DNA of 64,000 nt from Hormiphora californensis. Its lineage: Eukaryota; Animalia; Ctenophora. Positions 12,101 to 23,100 of this stretch are shown here, piece by piece. The translations under genes were made by a program, and so were the position numbers. The notes under the pieces were generated by a model. The model saw nothing but the letters and a program-made list of their open reading frames with translations, ran no database searches and was not told the DNA's origin. The stretch is from the NCBI GenBank assembly GCA_020137815.1, contig CM035357.1:1426001-1490000 (forward strand), given 5' to 3'. The stretch's first letter is position 1. Each line of letters opens with the position of its first letter.

Positions 12101-15100
12101 AAGAAATATTTGATTCGGCACCGACCCTCTCTCTACTCCTCGATGTTTCCCGCCATGTTCTGCAGCTGCTGTGTGAGAGTTGAACGCGAGCGCGTCAATA
12201 ACATGACACGACATGCAACACGACATGCAACACGACATGCGACATGCGAATTTCATTATTTTGAAGTTTTGTGGGGTTGCGATTTTTGTTTTAGGTCGGA
12301 GAGTGAAACGGCCGGTACAGTGGTAAACTAGATTAAAAACTGTACGCCTCGTTAGACGGCGATTTTTCCTATCTTGTCTGGTTCCTGAGATATGGCCCCC
12401 TAAAGAGTTGGTGTCTCAAACTGCTGAATCGGGGTCACGCGAGGAAAATGGGCATCAGTTTGCGTGTACTGCTCCGTTTTTCACGGGACTTGAACGAGGG
12501 TGACGGCAAGAGTCTCACCTATTACATGGTATCCTTACATTGTGTATTAAATCTAAAATGACTGAGCAGCATGCTTGTTAATGAACCTTGACGTGTTTGC
12601 TTGTCTCGCAAGCGCGCTCGCGACTAGCAAACATGACATGCAGTTCACACCCTGGTTATGTTCTAACCCTACCTTTACATTTGTGCGGGCGCCCGAAACA
12701 CAGTCTAGCCAGGCAAAATTAACCACCGTGTCTTTGTTTATTTATTTAGAACCCCAATGACATCTCATAGCCTGCTGTTATTTACTAATGACTCACCCCT
12801 TGATCAGAGAAGATCCACCTGGCTCCCTCCTCACAATTGTACATGAAGTAGATTAACCAAATCGGAGCTTCACACAGGATAAACACCGCCTGGAAAGGGA
12901 AATAAACATAATGAGGTTTAGGATTTTGTTTGGGCTCAAAAGTTAATCCTGAAGCTGGGAAATTAGTCTTTTGTGCACTGGGTCATATAATTTGGCCTGT
13001 GGTCCTCAAAGGGTTAACCCTAGAACGCCCAGCAAATCTAGACTTTATGACGCAATTCCCAAATCTATAGATAAGATACAACGTACGGTGTAGATAAGCA
13101 TTGTTATCAGTTTAGATGGATCACTCTGTTGCTCTCTTGCTGTCTTATACCTGGAAAAAGATGTGGTTAGGAAGGGGAAAAGAACTAACTACTTACTTAT
13201 ACCTGCTGTCTTATACCTGGGGAAGATGTGGTTAGGAAGGGGACAAGAAAGTCTTAGCAACTAACTACTTGTCTTGCTTGACCCTCTCTCACAGCCACCG
13301 TGGTAAAGGAGGGTTAGAGCATAACAGCTCAGATAAATTCATTGATTGGATAGATATTATTTTTGAAGGGTCCACACCGGTGATATATATATCTTGTAAC
13401 CTACTTGCCAAGCTGCAATTCACGCGCCCCGTAACCTACATCAGGAACCGACCGAAACAAGTAAACAACCAATCAGAACTCGTTATTTAGGTCACGTGAC
13501 TGGTTATCAGCCAATCAGGGACCAGTATTTCCTGATTCGCGCGCCCCGTAACCTACATGTATGTGAGGAAGATACACATGATGAGAATTCCAATAATTCC
13601 AATGAGGGCAGGCAGACAAAATAGGAAGACCCCCACCCCCGGAACACCCCTGTTCTCGGTCGTATAGCAAATCCCGGATAGGTTATCCATGTAGTACATC
13701 TCTCCTGTAGCGAATGTAACAATAGCTCCAAGCACACTGAAATATAATAGAGATGTTTCTGGTTTTGATGTTTGAGTTGGAGTTGTAAATTGGACATGTA
13801 TCATGAACAAATTTACTTGTTAATTCTATCCGTTCACGGTTCAGTTTTGTAACTAATAAGTGGGACTCTCTGTTACTTTTTACTGTTTTAGTTGTTTTAC
13901 AAATGTTTAGTAAGTAAAGGTACCTGATGGTCCAAGATACAAAGAGGATGATGTTAGCAATACGCCTCTTCTTGCTGATAAGATCCCTCACGTTGGGGTG
14001 AAACTTGGTTATCATCTTGAACAGGAGCAGTAGGAACAACAGTAGAACACCCTGCAGGGGAGGGGAGAATTGAATGAAAATAGAAGTGATAATAATAATA
14101 ATAATATTCCGCACTTATATACCGCCCATACCCGACGGAAACATGTCAAAATATTGGCGATGTTCCGACGAGTCATCAGAGCGGTATATCCTAGAGTATA
14201 AATATCGCACACGAACAACTCTGGTTGAAAAAGACAATATATGGAAAACCAAATTAACTGGACTTATCAAAACTGGGGGAATAACTGGTCCCATAAACCT
14301 GTAGATATAATTTTAAACACGCTATACTCACACCTGCTCAAAAAAGGATACCAGATAGTGATTTAATAACATGACTAGAGAGAGGATGACACTGATTGCC
14401 CGCAGGCCCCACAACTACAACAAACATTACAACTCAGCCATGGGTTCCCCATCACCCACTCCAAATGCACCAACGAAGAGATGTGTTTTCAGGCGAGCTT
14501 TAAAGGTATCAACGTTGGGGATCGACCTTAACTCGAGGGGTAGCTCATTCCAAATAGTAGGCAGAAATACCGATAGTCTCCTACGTCTCAATTTAGAATT
14601 GGCATTGATACTGGTCATCTTGGGGTGTTTTAATCTGTAAGGATCAATAACATTAGTCATCCTTGTTGTCCTGGAGACTCCCCAGCTTTCATCAAGAGGT
14701 ACCATTTCCTGGAGGTAACCTGGTGCTGTTCCATAGACTATCTTATAAGCGATTAGACAGGCTTTGAAGTCCAGTCTGTAGGAGATGGGTAAAATATGAC
14801 ACTGCCTGAAGTATTCCAAGTAATCCTCTTGATGCCCATGGATGTTGAATATAAAGCGTACACAGGAGTTTAGTGTTTTCTGGAGCCCACCAAGAACGCG
14901 GGCCGGAAGTCCACAGTACAGAATATTACTGTAATCAATCCTCGATATAATCAATTGTTTGACCAGCATTATCTTCGTTTGAATATCAAAACATCTGTGT
15001 AACTGCCAGAGATTCCGTAGTATCAGCCCACACTGTTTCCTCACATTATTAACCTGTCGTTCAAGATTAAGATTGTGATCCAAGAGTATTCCCAGTGTTT

Positions 15101-16327
15101 TCCCATCTGCTCCACTACATTCACTGGGGAAGATTTCCGTTCCTCCAAAGTTGATAACTGCATCGAAAGAGATTTTACTCAAAGAACTGCGTTTTCCAAG
15201 CAGGATGAATTCCGTTTTTGCCTCATTACACTTCAACCACTGTCCCACCATCCACCTCTTCACCTTCGCCAGTGATCATGAGAGTTATTAAAATTTAATC
15301 ATCTTAATTTTCTTTAGTTTAGATAATGGATTAGGGTTCATCCTGGAACATCAAGAAGAATTTACATCGAACAGGTAACAAGTTTCTTTGTTTGTTTGTT
15401 AGTGTGTGTGTGTGTTTGTTTGTTTGTTTGTTTGTTTGTTTGTTTGTTTGTTTGTTTGTTTGTTTGTTTGTTTGTTTGTTTGTTTGACCCTACCTGTACT
15501 ATATTGATCTGTTGTATCGGTCCAAAGATGTTACAATACACAGCGCCCCCTCCCTTCGCCACCACCTCAGCAGATCGGTTTGGAAAGTGGTAGGATATGG
15601 GTTGTGTCCAAGGGGAGTTCATGACTAACACTCCGTACAGCACCCCAACTACTGACTATGGGGGTGGAAGGTGTGATAAGAAAAGGGTGGTAACTCAGAA
15701 TCACAGTGTTACCATGGTAACAGCAGTACCCAACTAGTACCCCAACTACTGACTATGGGGGTGGGGGAAGGTGTGAAAAGAAAAGGGTGGTATAGTAGGA
15801 TTCATAATCGCAGTAGAACTAAGAGCTTCAACAAGATTTCCATCATATTTTAGGATCTTAGAGGATCCACACTGGTTCAGTAGGAATCAATATTCCAGTT
15901 ACCATGGTAACTCAGAATTGCAGTGTTACCATGGTAACAGCAGTGTTACCTTGAAGAAGTTGTTGAATGATAGGTGCACGTAAAGGATGTTAACTATGTC
16001 AGCCCGTTGGTTAACCACCTCCTTCCTCAAGTGAGCTATCCAAAGCAGAACGTTAAACGCAGCGCCTGGAAAGGTCGTGAACTGTTACCATTGCGTTAGC
16101 TTGTAGAAACAATGACTAGGACAGGATCATGAGCTGAATAGAAGTTTTAAATCCCCTGAAAACGCCTAGAAGACAACCTTGAAGAGCCCCCTGATTAGTT
16201 CTACCAGCCTACCTAGGATGGCTAGTAGGATGGTCCAGAACATGTAAAAGTTGTCCATGGCTTTGTAGGGAGACAGCTCCAGTCCATACCAGGGGTACAG
16301 GGGACCCTCTGGGACATTTTCCTCCAT
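9110..16327 (-). CDS. Divergent rhodopsin-like (class A) 7TM receptor; exons 16327-16213, 16065-15950, 15655-15494, 14051-13924, 13736-13557, 13150-13087, 12889-12797, 9545-9436, 9291-~9110; terminal exon uncertain (possibly ~7570-7514)
   Basis: Nine GT-AG exons join in phase into seven hydrophobic segments: TM1 ILGAAFN, TM2 NILYVHLSFNN, Cys before TM3 (AVYCNIFG), TM4 Trp (FVSWTI), ECL2 Cys (LSGICY), TM5 FCLP, TM6 FILCEAP. Confidence 0.8.
9672..12654. mobile_element. Foldback-type element: ~3-kb inverted repeat whose inner arms are 32-bp tandem arrays
   Basis: Ends cagggtgtgaactgcatgtc / gacatgcagttcacaccctg. About 540 bp of unique arm is mirrored. The unit ctccatctctcagcttccctacctcccattta runs ~10217-11367 and its reverse complement ~11395-12093. 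Confidence 0.9.
13442..13538 (+). mobile_element. 109-bp hAT-type MITE family, copy lacking right TIR
   Basis: Matches family consensus; flanked by a 24-bp duplication (13418-13441 / 13535-13558). Confidence 0.9.
14091..15270 (-). mobile_element. 5'-truncated L2/CR1-group LINE (C-terminal part of ORF2 at 14427-15263, plus 3' UTR)
   Basis: WMVGQWLKCNEAKTEFILLG, LGILLDHNLNL, LIISRIDYSNILYCGLP, PTIWNELPLELR...FKARLKTHLF; (ATT)n tail at ~14091-14106; candidate TSD agtgat (14085-14090 / 15271-15276). Confidence 0.9.
15385..15485. repeat. (GTTT)n/(GT)n microsatellite
   Basis: Direct reading. Confidence 0.95.
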
Positions 16328-16735
16328 AGTTGGGAGGATTCTTAGTGGTTCAAACGTTGGGACAGATGTTTCCAGGCAAAGTGGTAAAAGTGATTTGAAC
16401 TTTGGGTCAGATGGCTGATTGTTCGGGGAAAAGTGCTTCCTTACATTGCTGCCTCAAAAAGACGGTCTACAGACACAATTAGCAGATAACACAATCTGAT
16501 AACAAGGAAGAGCTTCAGTAATTGAATATATGCATGTGGATGATGGAACTCTCTCTCTCTCCCCTCTCTCTCTCTCCCCTCTATCTCTCTCTCTCTCTCT
16601 CTCCCTCTCCTTGCCCCAGTGTGAGCCCAGTAACATGGTGTATCACGTGACCTCATCACGTGATATGTGGTTATCCAGCACCGGGACCGTACTTGGAGAA
16701 AAGGGTGAAAGATGAGAGAGAGAAAGAGAGAGTAG

Positions 16736-16789
<54 letters not shown>

Positions 16790-16797
16790 ACTTGAGA

Positions 16798-16842
<45 letters not shown>

Positions 16843-17162
16843 TTGAGAAAGGGTGTTCTCCGTGTATATCCGGTTAACATTATAAGTAGATAGAGGTGCA
16901 TAATTGTATACCCTCCTTGTTGACCGTTATGTTTTCTCTACCCCCTTTTTCTTCTTCCTGTTTTATCAGTTGATGATATGCTGCTCTCACTGCACCCCAG
17001 TTTTTTGTCCAGTTTTCCGTAGTTCACCCCCTCCCCTGAAGTTGTTGATGTTGTCCCGTATCACCCCCTTGTGTTTCCCTGTTGTTCAAACAAAACTTGT
17101 TTCAATTCCATAATTATTTCGCTGTTACAGTTACTGATCTTGCTACCCCCTCTCAGAGTGCT
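16328..17162. promoter_or_regulatory. Putative bidirectional promoter between the 7TM gene and ANKLE1, with a paired E-box palindrome at 16641-16665
   Basis: Head-to-head ATGs ~835 bp apart; tatcacgtgacctcatcacgtgata lies between (TC)n and (GA)n tracts. Confidence 0.45.
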
Positions 17163-20100
17163 ATGGTATTACTGAGTGAGCCGGTTGAAGAACTATTTCT
17201 AAACAGCAAGCATGCCCTTAACTTTAGATCTGACGATGAATTCCTACGGTTTCTCATTTCTACAGTTGATACTATGGGTAAGTGCCCCCCACTGCTTTTG
17301 TTTCTGTTGTACCATACTATTCAGTTGGTGACGCAGTCACCCTTACAACTCGCGCGCGTAGCGCACCAACACGGCAGAGAGGTGACGGCGCCACCAAACA
17401 ATTCAGTTGAATGTTCATTGACTGTTCATTGACTGTGTGTTCTGTGTGTGTAAACTAGACCACATCTAAATCCGTCTAATCTGTGACCTAATTCCATCTT
17501 GTTTCAGTTAAATCGCTGAAACCAGTGATGATGCCCTCCCCACTACATGGTAGTCCTAAAAAGAGGTTAAATCTGGATAGGTTTAACTGCGAACAGGTCA
17601 ACAAGTCCGTCAACACATCCCTTCTAGTCACACCCTCGCCACCAGGTGTGTAGATTGTTTAGTTTTGGTTTTTTTGCACTTTTGGGGTAGTTTTGGGTTT
17701 CGTGGTTTTTAATTTTGGTTTCGCTAAAATCTAACATTCTAAGCTCTCGTTTTATTGTTGGCGAGGTCTACAAAACCCTTAAATTCTCTGTTGTAACCCC
17801 TCTCTCTCTCAGAAGTTGTGGAACAGAGATCAGTACCCAGCTGTAACCCCTCTATCTCTCTCCCTCAGAATCTGTAGAACAGAGATCAGTACCCAGCTGT
17901 ACCACTGCTCTGTTGTAACCCCTCTCTCTCTCTCTCTCTCTCCTTCCTAGAATCTGTGGAACAAAGATCAGTACCCAGCTGTACCACTGCTCTGTTGTAA
18001 CCCCTCTCTCTCTCCCTCAGAATCTGTAGAACAGAGATCAGTACCCAGTTGTACTCTACCAGGAAGGAAGTTCTTCACAGAGGTGTCACTTGAGGAAACT
18101 GTACTAGAGTACCATGATGCTAATACCACAGCATGTCATGGTTTGAGCAGAGAGGATAGTTGTCATGTCTCAAGCAGAGAGGATAGTTGTCATGTCTCAA
18201 GCAGAGAGGATAGTTGTCATTTCTCAATTAGTACTGGTAGTTTGGAGAGGAGAAAGGAGACTGGTGTTCCTGATGACAAGTCTCCCGAACCATTAGAATC
18301 CACCCAACAAGATTACACGTCTTCTTATTCTAAAATTGCAGGAAAAGATACGTCCTCAACCCCTGGCCACATCTTCAACTGTCCAGTCGAGTCAAAGAAT
18401 CAGAAGTATAGTGAAACTAGTCCAACTCCTCAGCATCATGCTGGAACAAGTCCGACACCTCAGCATGTAGAAACCAGTCCAACTCCCAAACACCACGCTG
18501 AAACCAGCCCAACACCCTGGGGTAGTGATACCATCTGGGAGGAGGAGGAGGGAGGTTTAGAATGGGATGATGAGATGGGGAAAGAGAACAAACATCCGAA
18601 CATCAAACTACCGGGAACATTGAAAGCAACTTCTACTGTTCTGAAGAAAGATGTTTCTGTTCCTGTTCAGAGTGCACCTTCCAAAAAACTCTCTCCACCA
18701 TCTCCATCTCTGGTAGGAAATCGCCCATCTCTAGACGATGTAGCAAACCACCCATCTCTAGACGATGTAGCGAACCACCCATCTCTAGACGATGTAGCGA
18801 ACCACCCATCTCTAGACACCGGGGTTGGTGATGAACTGACAATAGGGGAGCCGTGTGAGGGGCTGAGTATAGACGAGACGGGGGAGACGGATTGTCACGA
18901 TAAGAAGTGTCGGTTTTGTCCGAGTTACCAACCTGCTGATGATGATCTTCTCTTTTCTTCAGCACTGGATGATATGGATCACCTTCAAAGGTAGGTACAT
19001 GTTTCAAACTTTGAAGATCCTTCAACAAAAAAAACGTATTTTTAATGTGGCATACACTTGTTGATCCATTCTCGTAGCGCCCAAAGTATCCACTTCCACC
19101 CGATTTCTACTTTCTAACAACCTCTCTCCCTGTATTACAGGACCCTGTACCCGGTGCAAGAAGCAGACCATGATAACCCAGTAAGTTCAAAGCTTGGTCG
19201 TTCACACCTACATCACAGTTCACACTTTTATTTCGAACACCCCGTACACAAATTCTTTTTGGCGGGCTGATTTGACTGTGGCTGCTGTAACGCGCGGAGC
19301 TCCCAACGCGCGCAGTATAACAAATGTACACAATCCTCACATTATCACAGGCGATGTACAGTTGGCTAGACTGGAGCATGAGTATTGTCGTGGTAGGGGA
19401 TGAGAGTATGATGAGCCCTAGTTTTACGGTTCCTCCTTCTGTTTCGGGGCTTAGCAACAAGGAACTGAGGGAGAGGTTGACGAAATTAGGGGCTCATGTT
19501 GGTGGAGTGACTCCTGAAACTAGTAAGTAAATGTTTCCATAGATTTCATTTTCTGTTTTTAGACCATTTGTCCGTTACATTTCCCATACACATTGTACCT
19601 GAATTAGTATGCAAGCTAATTGCCCAATTATAAGGTCGTTACCACAGCTAATTACCTCTCTTTATCCCCTTCCAGGGCCACTATACGAACAATACTTGAT
19701 GAGACTGGAAAGCTGTCCATCTCCAAAACTTGATAGCAGCATCTCCCGGTACCCACCTGAGATAGTATCTTGTATCCGGGGTATGTTTATTAGATTCGTG
19801 TGAAATTTCAGATCCGCCTTACCGATACCAGCTCGGTCAAGAAGACCCCTCAAGTCGGCTTAGCCTATAAACTCCCATCTCCTTTAACACGGCCAATCCC
19901 CTTTTAACCAACCCCTTGGCCCGCCCCCTTGTCCCGCCCCTTTTTAGCCCAACCCCATCTCTAGGTGAGCCCCAGGCAGACTGGAGTGAGTCAGAGAGGC
20001 AGCTGGTAAAGGAATACGCCATGCCTGTATCGGGGAGGTCCTACCGACAGGGAACCAGCAAAACATTCTTCAACTACCTCCTGATTGATCCCCGTGTCGC

Positions 20101-23100
20101 TGACGTAAGTCCCACTGGGGGGATCCTAATATATTTCCATTAAAAGGGTGGTCGAATCGGCCATTATACCCAGTGGGATAAAATCTTTTGTTGATAATAC
20201 CGGTCGTTTTGTTCAAACCCATTTTATTTTATGGGGCGGGGGTCGAACAAGCATTGTACCAATACAAAACGATATATTTAAAAAAAGGTTTACTAATGGA
20301 ACAAATAATTCCTACACTAACAAGCTACATCAAATCTAACTGGTTGCGATTTCGAGGTATTTCAATTTCAGTTTTTAAGATCATGTCAATGATCATGTTA
20401 ATGATAATATAATAGTCCAATTATCATATACTCCAGCTCAATTATAATCGTCAAGATCACGGATCCTTAATACCATGACCATGAGGCAGTTCATTTCTCC
20501 ATTTTATGTTAGGGCATTTCATTATTGCTCCTGCTCCCACCGTACTCTATGGGTGATCATTGTTTCTCATTTATTTCCACTCCGAGTGAGAACTCTCACT
20601 CTGCGCAACATTAAGATACAGGTGGAGCACTCTCCCCACAACCTCAAACACATCCCCTCCATTCAGCCCAAAACCCAGCTAAGAATTCCGGCTACAACGG
20701 AAACATCCCTTTATCTCAGCCCCTCACGGGGCTGAGACAGCCTCTACGAAGAAGAAGAAGAAGAAGAAGAAGAATCGTCAAGATCGACAATCGGCCAACT
20801 TATCCGCAATTCAATTTCCTGGCCTGATCTATGTAAAAGGTTGCGGAAGTTTTCACCACCACATACTGTCAAAGGAGTCCCGTCAATTTCAGCATGAATA
20901 AACTGAAGAAACTCAGGGTCTTGGTGAAAGTGAACGTCCGTTTCAGTTTCTAAAATTGCTCGATCTGTTACCAACTCAAGAGAAATAACCGGGTCATGAT
21001 ATTCTATCGAAACATTCACCGCCACTTTTGTTGGATGATTGGGGGTTTTTATCACAGTAACTTAGTCCTTTATGAAGATCCAGGAATGCGTGAGAAGAGC
21101 TCAGATCTCTTTATTCTGAATAATCAATTAATCTCTCCTTGACCGAGATCTGCCCGTGTGTGTGTGAGATTCCCCTATATAACCGTTGTACGGAGGGCGT
21201 GTGAGTGTGTATCAGCACCAGAAGGAGATATCAAAATTACTTCCTTGATGTGATGTAAGTCTGATCTTGTATCCTCCATGCTGTATCCTCCATTCTGTCT
21301 CAAACGGCTAGTAAATCCGCATAAGTTGTTACGAATTAGGGCTGAGACCCCAAATAACCCACGGCTAGTATTATAACACCGTTTTTGAATTGCTGCAGAG
21401 ATTGCATCTTGATTCGCATCAACCACATCGACATTTTCATCATCGAAACTACAAGAATACCAATCTGTTTGGTTCATTTTACAGTAGGAGAGCAATGACG
21501 ACACGAACTGGAAGCTGGAATTGATTCTCGGTTCCATGTCTAGTTTTTTAATTGCATCACGCATCATATTATTTCTGGTATCATCAGGAATATCCTCACA
21601 GTATCTTGTTCCTCGTATAATACACTCCTCAAGTCCTGGTATTTCAATAGGATATTCAACTTTAAGAGGGTGATTATAGCTGTTCTCAGAGCTGTTAGAG
21701 GGACCTGGTGGTGACATTTGAACCCGAAAAAACGTTGAAAACAATGACCCAAGATCGTCATTGGATAGAGAATTTGCCAGGGTCTCGACCAACTTTTTGT
21801 ACACTTCAGGATCCTCTTGGAAACAGAGGGTCAATGTTTCAGAATCCAGTAACCGGGCCTCAAATTCACTAAGCTTCACAGGAGGGGTTCTGCCAGGAAC
21901 CAATCAGAACTCGTTATTTAGGTCACGTGACTGGTTATCAGCCAATCAGGGACCAGTATTCACAGGAGGGGTTCTGCTATCGACTGTTGTAATAAGCCAC
22001 TTGTGAAGAACCGGAGTTGATGTTCCAGCAAGTGACAAGCACACTCCTGTGTAGACGGAATCTTGTTGATTGGGATCATGCGATAGGAAATGTTCAATCA
22101 GCGCCAATCGGAGAATTGATAAATATTCCAGCCGAGAAACATTCCAGCCGAGAAACATTCTCAAAACATTCTGCAAATCTGTGTCATTTCTTTCTTTGAT
22201 GATATAACCGGCTTCCTGAAACAGGAACCACGCTACCTCCAAACTTTCCGGAGAACATGATTGTAGGCCAGAACAAAGATCAGAATAGAACTTGAAACAC
22301 TCTTCAATCATCCATTGAACCTTGAACACTGTACTCAGCTTGTTAACCTCCCGGAAATTCTCTCTGGTGAGAAGCAGTAACCCTGAGTAACAAGCCTTCA
22401 CGAAACAGGAAACTGAGGAATGGGAAAACTCTTCCACATCAAGGTCCTTTATTTGTTCCTTGCAGGAACCGACCGAATCAGGAAATACTGGTCCCTGATT
22501 GGCTGATAACCAGTCACGTGATCTAAATAACGAGTTCTGATTGGTTGTTTACTTGTTTCGGTCGGTTCCTGGTTCCTTGCCTACAAGTTCACGCATAACC
22601 GGACTGTTCAACGCCAATGGAAATGAACTTGTCCGGACAACTTCCCCACCACTGCACACGAGTTGAAGCTCGTTTAGACCCGGGTGATCTTGGTATAGGT
22701 CCATGATTCTGATCGTGTATCGTTGTGTTTCCATAGTGATTCTGAAATTAAAAAAACAGGATAGTGATTAGCGATACAGCAAAATAATCTAGGAAGTAGA
22801 TTAACAAAATAACCAACGATATATGTAATGGTACTAAATCAATAAATGGTACTACATCAATAAATTGACAGAAGCTTTCGAGAACACTGTCTTTCACGTC
22901 TTCAGCTAAGAAAATTGTATTTTACAAACTCAAACATACATAATATTCCCGTTTTGTGTAAGCAAGTCAAGGAGGCTTTGTTAAATCCGATGATTGGGTA
23001 ATATACTGATATCCCATTATAGACTGATTTGGTTATTAGCTCACATTTCACCGATAGTGCTCCTATCACTAATATCCGATTGAACCATAATTGGGAGTCC

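Larger units (their letters stand above)
20744..22734 (-). pseudogene. Intronless BTB/POZ-domain gene nested antisense in an ANKLE1 intron, disrupted by two MITE insertions
   Basis: LQLVCSGGEVVRTSSFPLALNSPVMRELVGKE-QIKDLDVEEFSHSSVSCFVKACYSG...VQWMIEEC. Removing 22463-22579 and 21894-21977 restores one frame to ~21175. The 3' part is degraded and its end is uncertain. Confidence 0.75.

Noticed and set aside
13553-13810. Frizzled/Smoothened assignment from DNLSGICY
   Set aside because: The N-terminus is short with no cysteine-rich domain and there is no KTxxxW motif; TM1, TM2 and TM6 fit class A better.
21894-22579. 109-bp MITE as an introner (precisely spliced element)
   Set aside because: The GT/AG pairs I tested in the two BTB insertions do not restore the reading frame. 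RNA data would be needed to revive the idea.
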